Positions 52,551 to 64,000 of a DNA stretch of 64,000 bases are shown piece by piece. The notes beneath the pieces were generated by a model, which worked only from the letters and a program-made list of their open reading frames with translations, was not told the origin of the DNA and did not search any database. The stretch is from assembly GCF_009914755.1 (NCBI RefSeq), contig NC_060928.1; one strand, 5' to 3'. How positions within the stretch are numbered: position 1 is the first letter of the stretch; each line of letters opens with the position of its first letter. The position numbers and the translations under genes were made by a program. The stretch comes from the human T2T-CHM13v2.0 reference genome, Homo sapiens.

Positions 52551-53089
52551 AGAAAAATTCCTATTAGAGCCAGGAATAGGCAAGGATGTTCTCTATCTCA
52601 GCAACTGTTTTAACATTGTATTGAGATTCTGGCCAGCACTACATGGCAAGAAAAAAATATTAAACTTGGGAAGAAAAAAGATAATCATCATTTACAAATA
52701 ATATTATTATCTAACTATTATACAAAACCGAAAGCATAGCCCATGGCCAGGTCCAACTTTTAAACCTGGCAGAGTTCAGTGAGATCAACCCTGGCGGCTT
52801 TCCTAAGCAAAACACATGATTTCCATGGGAGCATATGTATGTTGGTAAAAATGCTTTAAAAATTCGACAGACCAACACCAAATTAATAAGATGGATTATC
52901 TTTGGGGAGGGGGTATAGGACCAGAATTTTAGGTGATAAGCCCAATAGGGATTTTAGATTTATATTTACATTTTTTCAAGGAAGAAAATATTTTATGAAT
53001 TATGCATTATAATGTCAGTTTATATCCCTTTCAGCCTGTAGTCTCTCATTAGCTGTTACTTGGGACAAGCAATCCACTTAGTCAGACGA

Positions 53090-53250
53090 TGTTATTGGAT
53101 GCCTAGGATGTGCCTCGCACTGTTTGTCACAGTGTTCCTTTCATGTCAGCATAGACGCATAGTTATTATCCCAGCTTTATAGGAAAGTTAAGTAACTCGT
53201 AAGTTACTTGGTGAGGAGGGGAGTTCTCACGCTGTCCCTGTGAAGTCCGA
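53090..53250 (-). mobile_element. MIR fragment
   Basis: ttattatcccagctttatagg..gttaagtaact resembles the antisense MIR core. Confidence 0.55.
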
Positions 53251-54300
53251 GCACGGTTTTTACTGCGGTTTTACAGCGGGGGGAGTGTCTTGCCCAGTGA
53301 GGAAGGAGCGGAGCTCTGAGTCAGATCCAAACAGTGTGACTCTGGAACCACGCCGTGAACCGGCACACTGTGGACTAGGTAACACCAGGCTGAGGATCCA
53401 CCTCCTAGAATACAGCTTGCCATAGAGCAGACATCCCGTCAGCACCTGTGAATCGTGAGAAGGAGGCGGTGGCCTCATTTACCGCATGCTCACCTTAAAC
53501 TTGCCCACCCGGTTTTAGGAAGAGAATGGGCAGAATGGCTGGGTTCCCCATGGAGGAGAGCCCTGCCTTAGCCTCGTCTCTTGCTGCGTAAAAGTCCAGG
53601 GCTTTGCAGAGCCTCTCCACAGTCAGCAAGGAGAAGCAGTCTCCAGAGGTGGCCCCCTGAGCCCCAGCTCCACCCCTGGGAAGGGGCCAGACCACAGGCA
53701 GCAGGCCCTGGAGCCCGTGAGCGCTGCCTACCTCCCTGGGCCAGTGGACATGGGACCAGCATGGTGACCAGATTTTTGGAAGCCCGGTTTAGGACAAATG
53801 ACTTTTTAAGTTTGATTGTTTGATATCAGAAGTTATATAAAAGGTACAAACATTGCATTATGCTTAGTTTTACATCTAACATATTATATTTATTATTAAA
53901 ATTATGTGAAGTCATCACAGTCCCAGCAAATACCATTTATATGGCCACCATGGCTGAGAGCATCCACCATCTGCCCCTGATGTGTAGAGTAGGCCTTTTT
54001 TCCGTGTCTTGTGTTACCTCTTTTTGGCTTATGGGGTGGCCTCTAAATGTCACAAATCCTTTATGCTTTTACACACTCAGGCCCTTCCTCCTTCCCTGAA
54101 GCCTGGTCCTCTGGCCTCAGTCCTGCTGGGTAGGGTGCCCTTTCGTCCTCTCTATCCCTGGACTCTTTCAGTGGAAGCACAGGTCCCCAGGACTGTGTCT
54201 TCAGTTTTCTGTGTGGGTGGCCCCACCTTGGCTTGAGGGAAGGGTTTAGGACCACTTTTGAGTCTTCCTCATGAGGTCAGCATTTGGGGCCCCTGGGCTT

Positions 54301-54360
54301 CTGCATTGGGTGGCGTCCTCTGCGTTGGGTGGCGTCCTCTGCGTTGGGTGGTGTCCTCTG
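54301..54360 (+). repeat. 19-bp tandem repeat x3 (CTGCGTTGGGTGGCGTCCT)
   Basis: Directly visible. Confidence 0.92.
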
Positions 54361-55129
54361 GTGGGGCCAAGCCACAACCAGAAGGTCTGAACTTCCTGTG
54401 TGGCCACTGGCACAAGAATAGAAGAAGAATGTCTTTACAAAGTATAAATATTTTATTCATCAAAATGAAGTAAGTCAGTTTCACAAAGGAATTAACCACT
54501 AAATGAGTAATGTGAAGTTTTTTCAGCTCAAGTAAGCATAATAAATGAAGTCAGTTAGGGTTGATCTTTGAAAAATGTTCTGTGTCTTTTCTTGGAGCAT
54601 CCTGAGGGCTCCCTGTGGTCAGATGTGACCTCACCAACTACTTATGGTCATAGTTGGTAGCTCTAAGCCTAGAATCCTAAAAATTCAGAGTGACAAGTGA
54701 CATAATTCACTCGTCTTTGCACATCGCCTAACACTTCCCACACTGACCTTCGCAGGAGCCGCTCTGCTCACTCGCATGGCCTCATGGGCTCTGGCAGCAT
54801 TTCACCCCCGCCTGTTGGCATTTCACTCTCCAGAAGGACTTGGTGTCACTTCAGACGTAGAGAGTTTGTTTTGCTGGGCTCTGCCAGAATAGTTATAAAT
54901 CACACGTTTCTAGTACTGACTCCAGGAAAGACCCAGAATTCAGATTTCTCCTGTTTGGGCCCACATTTCTTCTGGCCCTCTGAGGTAACGGGAAGTACAC
55001 TATATCTCGAGGGGTCCGTGAGACCTGCCAGGCGTGGCAGCTCCTCTGCAGGGCTGTGAGGTCTGGCTGTGGGGGCCAGACTCACGGTCAGCCCAGAAAG
55101 TGCTGCTGGGGATACCGGGACCTCACCAT

Positions 55130-55262
55130 GGAGAATGTGGAGTCTGGGCCCAGCATAGTCACTGATGTCAGCCCAGGCAGGTCATGGAATGTTTTGGACC
55201 TCAGCAGCTTCATCTGTAAAATGGGCTGATTGACTGAGATCGATAGCATGTAAACACTTTTC
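55130..55262 (+). mobile_element. MIR fragment
   Basis: cctcagcagcttcatctgtaaaatggg core. Confidence 0.6.
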
Positions 55263-56204
55263 TGAGGAGGTGCTATTCCAGATCCCTGTTTTCTAACCCT
55301 CAGCAGGCTCTGCTGTTGTGGCAGGCTTTTGTTGAGATGCAGAGCTGGGCCGGCCTCCGCAGCCTGTGCTGCTTAAAGCAGAGGGGGCCTGAGCCTACCC
55401 TACCTGTTCTTGCCCGACATGTCCTCCTTCCTCCGCAAGCCAGCCCCTCACAGGGATTCCCGTAAGATTTCTCTGGGAAGAAAGGCCTCATTGCTTTAAG
55501 TTTGAAAAGCATCTTCCAGTTGATAACTGGGGAATGAAATAGATACTCTGAGACCCAAAGGGGGCTATTGACGTGGGGTGATGTGACAAAATGTGGATAC
55601 AAAATTTCACACCCCAGTATGAGGCTGGGGTGAAGCTAAGGGAGTAAGGAGGGGGCTATGGGCTGTGGCAGCCCTCCCTGCACTACCACACTTCTGTGCA
55701 GAACTTAGGTTCCAGAATTCTAAATTAAACCTGGCCTTCCAGGTTGTTGGAGGGTAGCGAGATGGCATATAGCTTATTTAACAATGTGTTAGCCTTTGTT
55801 ACAATTTTCCAGCATTTAGATATATGGTGTAAGCTCCTTCGTCTACACTTGCCCCAAGCCTTGCAAAGATTAGTTCTCTTCCATGAGAAAACCAAGGCAC
55901 AGACATGCTCAAGGCCATGTGATCAATCACATCATGGCAGCCAGAGACAGAAGGATTGTCCTGAGGCACAAGTCTCCACATGGGGATTTTCTGTGAAAGT
56001 GAATTTTGCCGCTGTAGTGACTGCATGGTAGGTATTCACGAGGCCTGGCTGTTTCGAAAGGGAAACAAAATCACTTTGGTGATCAAGTGCAGGCTTTAAA
56101 CAGTAGGTGGTAGGATTTTAAGCTGGGCGAGTAAGTAGGTCTGTCTGTGCAGGGGTGTGGGTCAGTCGTTCTTAAGCTGCTTTCTGTTTGTGCCAGGCTT
56201 GAGC

Positions 56205-57593
56205 ACAGGGACAAACACATCAGAGCTCATGGGAGCCAGTTCCCCACTGCCAGCAGGGAGTTACAGAGATGGAAGAGGAGGTGAGGATGTGCTCAGGGTG
56301 TTGGGTTGGCATTGGAGGCGTCAGTATGAACCGATGGCTTTCAATAGAGGGATGTGTGGATGGAGAGATAGACATAGCAGTGTGTGCGTGTGCATCCACA
56401 TTTCCCAGCTCTGTCCACCAGGGTGGGGCTGGAGGCAGGGAAACCCCAGTAGCAGTGAGCACCTGCATGTCCAGATTTTGGTGTCTATACCTCTTTTCTG
56501 TAGAGGGTGTCAGGCTCTGTGGAGCAAAGACTAATTCCTGGGCTGGAGTGGGAAAAACACAGGATGAAGCTGGAGCTTCGCTTTTATTTTTTTTCACACC
56601 AGAAAATAAGGCAGTGCTTAAGGCATGATGAGGACACATGAGCAGGATACAGGTGCCAGCCTGAAGGAGGGACTGAGCTTCCAAAAAAGAAAGGTGTTCA
56701 TGGGGTATGAGCCATGGACTAAAATAAAAACCCAGCAAGTCCACACTAACACAGATAAATGGCTTTGTAGTAACAGGAGGGGGGCTCTTAGAGCAGAATA
56801 CAGCTGAACAGTGCGTCAGGAAATCATCAGAGGGTGCTAAAGTTGTGGACTCAGGCTTGATGCGAAGCAAGACACTTACAGAGCCTCGGGGTAGTTCTGC
56901 ACGAAGCTTATTATCACCAGGGAACCCTAGAAACGACAGCGGACAAATCTGGTGCCCCAGCCACATGATGAGAGCCAGCGTCACCCACCCTGCAGTAAAC
57001 TGACACCACGTGCCTCCTCAGAGGAGGTCCCAGAGGGACACCGCATGGCTTCCAGGGCATTCCAGCCAGTCACAAAGAAACATCAGCCAAGCCCAAACTG
57101 AGGGGCAGTCTTAAAAATAACCAGCCTCTGTCAGGGTTGGAACCACAGAGAGGCTGGGGAACATTCCAGATGGAAGGAGACTGCAGACACACAGCAGCAG
57201 CCACCCTGAGTTCCACCCTGCTCTGGGGAAAAGAGCTGGAAAGGACAGGATTGACGAAGCTGGAAGATGGCTTGTTAAATTTCCTGATTTTGATGTCGGT
57301 ACTTGGTTATGAGAGAATGTCCACCTTCTTAGGAAATCTACACTGACGTGTTTAGGGGCAAAGAGGCATGCTGTCTCCAACTTAATCTCAGATAGTCTGG
57401 AAAAAGGTTGCGTGTGTGCAGGTGTGAACGTGTTTAGAGGAAGGGAGAATGGGCGGAAGGGAGAGGGACGGGATGATACAGCAAGCAGGAAGAATGCGGA
57501 CATTTGGTGAATCTGGGCAAACGGATATGGGAGTCCCTTTTATTATTCTTATAATTTTTCTGCAAGTTTGAAATTATTTCAAAAGAAAAAGTT
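56205..57593 (+). mobile_element. L1 (L1MC-like) 3' UTR
   Basis: accccagtagcagtgagcac; ttaaatttcctgattttgat; aggaaatctacactga.gtgtttagggg; ends aagtttgaaattatttcaaaagaaaaagtt. Confidence 0.8.
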
Positions 57594-60500
57594 GCCCCCC
57601 CAAAAAGGATGGCACACATTGTCTAGGAGAGGGCTGGTTTGGGTGTGAACAAAGGTTTCCTGTGGCATCTCGGTGCTCGTATGTCCCGGCTCCCCCATAA
57701 GCACATTTAGCTGCACTGATAGTGCCTACATCTGGGCTTCGGCCACTTGCCCATCTTCATTCTCCTGGCCCTCACAACAGCCCTGCAAGCCCCTGCCAGC
57801 CGCAGATGGACACGGGGACTGAGGCCCACGGGACTGTGGGGCCCCGCCGAGGTGACCGGCCAGAAAGGAGTGCAGAACTCCGGCCAGGGCGGGCTCAGAG
57901 CCTGCACCCACGCCTCCTGCCTGGGCCGCCCTGTGAATGGGGGAGAAGGGCTTCCTGTGCCTCAGAAACTGGAGGCCAAGAAGCACATGATGGACGGGTG
58001 GGCCGAATGAGGCCAAGCTCTGCCTTCTACAGCCTTTCCAGGACTTTTTTCTTGGAAAATGTGGAGCTTGATTGGATGCCTTTGTAGTGGAGCTTCCATC
58101 AAGTTAGAGCTGCTTGTGTGGCAGTGTCCATCCGGGAGTCAGTAGATGGGGTCAACAAACAGCGCCTTCAGCCAAACCCTGCCACCAACCAGCTTTGTGT
58201 AATGAAGTGTCAGTGGGATGGCCATGCCCATTCCTGCAGTTGCTGTCGGGGGCCGCTTCTGTCCTAACTGCAGAGAGTGCAGTGTCCTAGAAAAATGGAG
58301 ACTGTGTGTCACCCGCCCTCTCCAGGGAACTTTGCTGGGCCTCACCTGTGGTGTTAGCGGATGTTTCCTAACCCTTGAACCAAGACCCAGGAGATCCTCT
58401 CAGAGATGAGGCCCTGCTCGGCCTGGGGGCAGGAGCAACAGAGGTGGGTGTGGCACCCCACCTCGGAAAGGGACCACCCCATGTGGTGGGCAGGCCGCCT
58501 CCAGGATGCCCACAGGTTGTTCAGAAATGTCTGTGAGTTGGCATATTTTGCTTGGTTGTAAAAATGTTCCTTATGGTTCACAGGTGGTCCAGTTTGGTAT
58601 AGTTGCTTATTTCCTAACTAAATACATATTCCTGATAACACGCTGTTTGAGTGATCACCTGCTTATAAAAAGATAGGTTTTATATTTATGGGACTAAAAA
58701 TTTTTTAATTTAAGTTACATGTGGAAAGAAGAGTTAAAAACTATACAAAAAGCCTACAAGTACTTTTTTTTCCTTTGCCACTGCTTGTTTAATAAAGCAC
58801 AAATTGCTGAAGTGGAGTAGCGTGTTGGGAGGCCGGGGTTCCATCTGCAGTGTTTATGCCACGTGCAGTCACCTAGCTGTGCTCGGCCCGCCTTCAATAA
58901 TTCAGGCTCCGTGGCGGCAGCAGCTGAGGGGCTGCTGTGAATTATGCATGCGTCTTCGGCAAGGCTTCGTGCGACGTCTCCTGTTGGCTTCCCATCCGTG
59001 AGCCTGCGTGCAGGCAGGGCAGAGCCGTCTTTGTCAGCCGTGTGCTGGGATCGCGGGAGAAACTGCAATAATTGGCCTCCTGGGAGTGTGAGCTCAGGAG
59101 CAATGTCCCTGTGTGGGACGCAGGCCTTTGCTCGGGGCCGCCCGGGCTCTGCCGGCTGACCCTGGTATGGACTCAGAGGGGTGGTTTGCAGTGCATGGTT
59201 GGAAGTATTTGGTTAAGTGGCATCACAGTGGCTCTTATCAGCTCTACCCAGGTAAAGTCCCTTGTCCCCATCTGCGTACCTTGTCGCGTTGTCAGGGGCA
59301 CACTGACTTATGTGGTCTTCAGGTATGTTTGCCGCAGCGGGATTGTGTCGGGGATGAGGGGCCCATAGGGGTGCCTGTGCAGTGACGTGTTTCGTGATCT
59401 GACTTGGAGTTATGACTTAAAGAGTCAGAGTGTTTGAGGTTACGGTTTGGATGAGATAACAACGGGCCCGGGCCGTGTGTTACAGAACTAACTGCAAACT
59501 TTTCATCTTACGGTATTAACATTTGTAACGTAACCTACATGTTTGACCCACCAATATATACATGGCGGCTTTTCCAATTAGCAGCAAATCTAAACAGACT
59601 TTAAACTCTTTTTCACCAGGAAAGCATTTCTTTGACTCAGATGGGTCAGTCGAAAGAAAAAATCCCACAACAATACCGTAAACTGGACCGTGTTCTCTAA
59701 GGTGGTGTTGGGATGTGGGCTGTGTTTTGTGGATCTCTTTTCTTCTTTGGCTTAGATCACAAGTGTGGGTTTGACTCACGTGTTCAGCACCAGAGAATCA
59801 GGCAAGCCACTGCAAGCAGGCCAGTGAGTTACAGACGTGGTGGCATCCCTCCCGCGTTCTGGCCTTGGAGCTGGGGTCGGAATGGTGGCTTGTGCAAGGA
59901 ATTTTATTTTAGGTGAGTGCTGCTCAGGGTTCAAGGTCAGGCCTTCTGTGACTGTGCACTATTTTCCACGTGACGAGAACAACTCCAGAGCACATGAAAG
60001 TGCTGTGAATTGTGAAATCCATAATTGAAAGTGAGTGTTAGAGAGGAGACGACTTTCCGTGTGTGTTGAGCCACGTAGCAAAGAAAAATGGTGCTCAGGG
60101 GGCTCTGCCTCGCACCTGGCTCTGCTGTGTTCCTCTGCAAGTCACCTGCATGAATTTTGTCCAGATGGAATCGTAAAAATTCACCAGGAGAGCTTATGAT
60201 TGCAAGAATTCCGGGTGGACGTTTTCCGGTAGCCAGTTTTTGAAAAACGTGTGTGTTGCTGGAGATTCCACTGTCCTTTGCGAATCGCTGGACTCAGTGC
60301 CTGGACTCAGGAGGGTCCACGTGCCCAGCAGGTCCCGTCTGTGCCCTCGGGAAGCTGAGGAGCTGGGTCATGAGTTTTCTGTCCTGATCCTTAGGCAGGG
60401 GTGGCATGGGCAGCCGGGGCTGTGGCCCAGAGGCTTCTCTTTCCGGCTCCTCCAGGTAATGTGTCTGCTTCCTCTACTCTCCAGGCTCCTGTGCTTGAGT

Positions 60501-61865
60501 TGAGGCCCCCGCTTGCTGTGGCCTCACACTGGGAGGAATTACTGGAGCACAATTCCTATGTCAGCAGAAAGCTACAAAATGAGATTGTGTGAAGGGGGCG
60601 TGGCTCTCACCCCCAGCAGTGCTGGGAGCAATTGGCAAGGTGACGCCTCCTGTCTTTGCAATACCAGAGAAGAGCATGGACTGCAACCTCTTTCCCTTCC
60701 TTGGAAATGGTTTATTTGCAGCTAAAGCAACTCTCACTTGAGTGGGTCCTGGAGCCTGGGCAGGCCCAGGAGAGGGTCTGGCACCCACACCGCCCCCAAG
60801 CCATGCCTGCATCTGCTCTCTGCCGTGCTCCTCTGTACCCGAGGCTGTGCTCTCTCAGGAGGGTCTGCCATGTGGTTTCCTGTACACAGCATCTGCCTCT
60901 GCAGGACCCCAAGGGCAGGAGCAGGAGCACACTGGGGAGGGAATACAGATTCCCTGGGCGGGCACACCAGGCACAGGGGAGCCGAGCACACCAGACAGGT
61001 CATCATTTACTGTTTAAAATACAATCATGTTTCTTTCTTGATTAGACTTTTAAAGGGTCAGTTATTGATTTGTGAGTCTTAGAAAATAATTAGTATCTGC
61101 CAAAACTTTTGAACATGATGTTAGTCAATACACCAGTCATCTTTCACTCAGAATTTATATCAGTCACCATTCATTCATTCCACAAATACACCAGTGTGGG
61201 AATGGGGAGAGCAGCCCTGTGGGTAGCTGGTCCCATTGCTGAGGGAGGCGGCAAGGCCTAGGGAGTGGCCAGGGAACAGGGGAGGTGGGCCCGGGGGCTG
61301 GTGTGGGACTTCCACATGGTACCAGGGAGAGGCCCATCTCCCCTCCACCGGCAGCAAGGGAGGCAGACGGTTCACGTCACCGTGCTTGTGTGTTGGAATT
61401 GAAACACCTTTTGTTTGAGGAGCAAAAGCGTCAGCAACCGTGGGGGGTTGAGCTGTGCCAGCCACAGCGTGCAGTGGGGCAGCCTCCTTTCTGCCTCCCC
61501 TGTCTTCCCGTCCTGGTTCTTCCCAGGGCCCCTCAGCTGGGCCTCGCCTAGGCAGCCTCCAGGCCACCCTCCAGGCAGCCAGAGGGACCCTGCAGTCTCT
61601 TGCTCATCACTGTCCCCCAGGGTGAACTTCGTGCTGCTCCGTGCTGGCTCCCTGCTCTGCCCAGCTCAGCGTGGCTTGTCCTGTCATGGAAGTTCTCCCT
61701 TGCTCCCTGGAGGCCAGTTAACGTCTATTTCTCCCTCAGTTCTCAGCTAGCCTTTATTGTCTCAGGAAAAAAAGCTGGAGGAAAAATGTCATGGTGCTCA
61801 TAATGCAGAAACTTCATTCATGAGGATTGCCTCATTTGTCAGCATAAAATATAGCAAGGTTAGCA

Positions 61866-62042
61866 ACACTGCTGCCTCGAATTCTGGGCTCAAGCCATCC
61901 TCTGGAATAGCTGGGACCACAGGTGCCTGCTACCCTGCCCAGCTAATTTTTTAATTTATTTTCATTTTCTGTAGAGATAGGGTCTCACTGTGTTGCCCAG
62001 GCTGGTCTTAAACTCTTGGCCTCAAGTGATCATCCAGCCTGC
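61866..62042 (-). mobile_element. Truncated Alu (AluJ-like)
   Basis: Partial right arm, linker and partial left arm. Confidence 0.85.
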
Positions 62043-62980
62043 ATGATCTTATTTTTTAAATAGGTAGTATGTGCCCATGCACTGGAATGTACACAGAACA
62101 GGATCGGCCCCCGAGGCTGTTTCTGGTGCAGGGCGTGCCATTGTGTATTCTGTGCCTTTGGGGGGGCTGTCCAGCCAGCTCTGGTCTTCCGTCTCCCAGC
62201 ACTGGGCGGGAGGTCCTACAGCTTCACCGTGGCTGATGAACGAAGTGCACCCCGGCAGCAGTAGCCGGCTCTGGGCATTTATACTTCATGTTTGATCAAT
62301 ATAATCAGAGGGGTTGATCTGCGTTTGCTCCTCCCAGCAGTGCAGAAGGTGCCTCTTGGCTCAGACTTCACTGCCATCGTGATCTTGGCCAGGAGGATGG
62401 CTACAAACAGCCTGAGGCTTAGGCTCATGGCTGGCGTTCTGTGATGAGGCCAGTGAACCTACGAGTGTCCGGGGGCCTCCTCCTACCTGGTGGCTGCCTG
62501 TACCCTTCTGTTTTCCTTTTGGCTTGTTGATGGTTTTCTTCTTGGCGTTTAGGTGCTCTGATGTAGAAAAGGGAGCCAGCCCGCCACCTGTGTGATGTGT
62601 GGCCGGTGCCCCACAGTTTCCTGTCCAGGGACTTGGCTGATGGTGCTTTTCCCTACTGAGATTTGCGCCTCTGTGCCGTGCACTGTATCAGTGTTGCCTT
62701 CGTGGCTCTGGGCTTCGTGTCTTCCTTCCGGAGGCTTTCCTCACTCCAATGTTTTAAAAGATCATCCCACATTTTCTTCTGGTATTTCTCTAATTTACAC
62801 TTAAATCTTTGATTCATTGGGATTTGTTTCAGTGTGTGCTGGAAGGAAGAGATCCGACTAGATAGTTTTTCAGAGGTCATCTTCCCCGTGCACCCCACTC
62901 ACTACCCTGACCGTGACTTAGACACTCAGGGTTTGTTTCTGTACTCTGTTGTGTCCTGCAGGTGACACCGATGCTGTCCC

Positions 62981-63132
62981 CTGCGTGTTCGGGATTGTGG
63001 TCTGTGTGTGTTCTCGTGTTAGGCCTGTCTGGCTCTGCGTGTTCGGGATTGTGGTCTGTGTGTGTTCTCGTGTTAGGCCTGTCTGGCTCTGCGTGTTCGG
63101 GATTGTGGTCTGTGTGTGTTCTCGTGTTAGGC
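62981..63132 (+). repeat. 54-bp minisatellite x2.8, identical copies
   Basis: ctgcgtgttcgggattgtggtctgtgtgtgttctcgtgttaggcctgtctggct starting at 62981, 63035 and 63089. Confidence 0.95.
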
Positions 63133-64000
63133 TGGCCTGCTCTGGCGTCTTGCTCATCTTGTTTGTTCCCCTCATTTCTGCTTAGCTTTCCACGGGAGCT
63201 TTCACGCTCCACTTGTGTGGTTCTAACAAGACACCCATAGGCAAGTATCGGCGTGATATGTCCATTTAGGGAGAATTCCTGTCTGTGATGTTTTGCTCCT
63301 CACTTCCCTGGTGACAGGATATTAGGCAAGCACAAAGAGTCAGCCCACTCCAAGGACCCCTGCCCCAGAGAGAGTGAGTGTGCAAGTTGAGTGTGTGTGA
63401 GAGTTTCACACCTGGCTTACATGCAGAACGGGGCACTTGCCACATGGGGGGGAGTCTTGGATGTTGGGATTCTTTGAGGGAGCCTCACATGGCCCCTGTC
63501 CTTCTGTCCTTGGCCCCAGCCCTCCTGGCTTGGCCGCCCTGTCCTGCGTGTGAGCGCTGGTGCGCGTCTTCTTGCAGTGCGTGCCGCCCCTTCCACCGCA
63601 GCTCGGAGTCAGGGCTTCCGTGTGAGCCCCAGCCGCAGGCCTCTGAAACTTCAGTGCGTGCTGGCGGCCACCGCGGTCACACATTTGATCTATAACAGAT
63701 CAACAGCATGGTGGATTCAAGGAAACATTACCACCGTGTTTCTGATCCTATCCCAGAACTTCCTTTCGGTCTTCTTTTAATTTTTTTCTATAGCAGTTTA
63801 CATTATTTGATTATTCTTTAACATTTTCTTTTTTAATCTAAATGCTCTTCGCACTTTGAATGACTCCTGCCGAGCGTAGCCTCTGGCTGCCATGCTGACC
63901 ATGAGGGACACTGTTGGATCAAAGCCCTGGTTTGGTCTCCTGGGCTCTAGGGCTCCACTTTTCTCTGGATTAGCGGGGCCCACGCTGTGGCCTCCTTGGA

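Larger units (their letters stand above)
50200..52720 (+). mobile_element. Ancient L1 ORF2 remnant with nested insertions
   Basis: LNNPWVKEEIK (about 50707) and NYWPVSLM...IANQIQ (about 51880) resemble L1 ORF2. Confidence 0.75.

Noticed and set aside
56220-56984. 254-aa ORF on the - strand
   Set aside because: Antisense to an L1MC 3' UTR; no coding features.
62877-63240. ORFs with 18-aa repeats on both strands
   Set aside because: Translation of the 54-bp minisatellite.

Overview
Primate (almost certainly human) genomic DNA lying entirely inside the RGS12 gene (Regulator of G-protein signalling 12, 4p16.3), gene on the + strand. Only two short coding pieces are supportable: an internal alternative first exon encoding MNLGKELSNETHVSNDQQ (21997-22050) and a 22-nt coding microexon encoding SATVSDG (38094-38115). 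I recognise both peptides from memory of RGS12 isoforms; no database check was possible. The rest is intron. It contains a nested ERV1 (MER65-like)/ERVL/L1/Alu block at 1-13.1 kb, a GC-rich unique region with several VNTRs, a full-length THE1 MaLR provirus, about a dozen Alus/Alu monomers, old L1/L2/MIR/MLT1 fragments and a MER2 DNA transposon. Essentially all ORFs in the supplied track are spurious products of GC-rich, repeat or low-complexity sequence. I found no novel multi-gene system. The best leads are: a chain of abutting/overlapping uORFs ending in an AUGA overlap with the RGS12 internal start codon; an L2-derived in-frame candidate first exon; a templated insertion with a snap-back inversion inside an Alu; a candidate TDP-43-type cryptic exon beside an 870-nt UG array; a binary 12/13-mer VNTR; a 640-bp polypyrimidine expansion seeded in L1 ORF2; and an AT-rich quasi-palindrome between 48-bp direct repeats. 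Repeat subfamily names and old-repeat boundaries are by eye and approximate.
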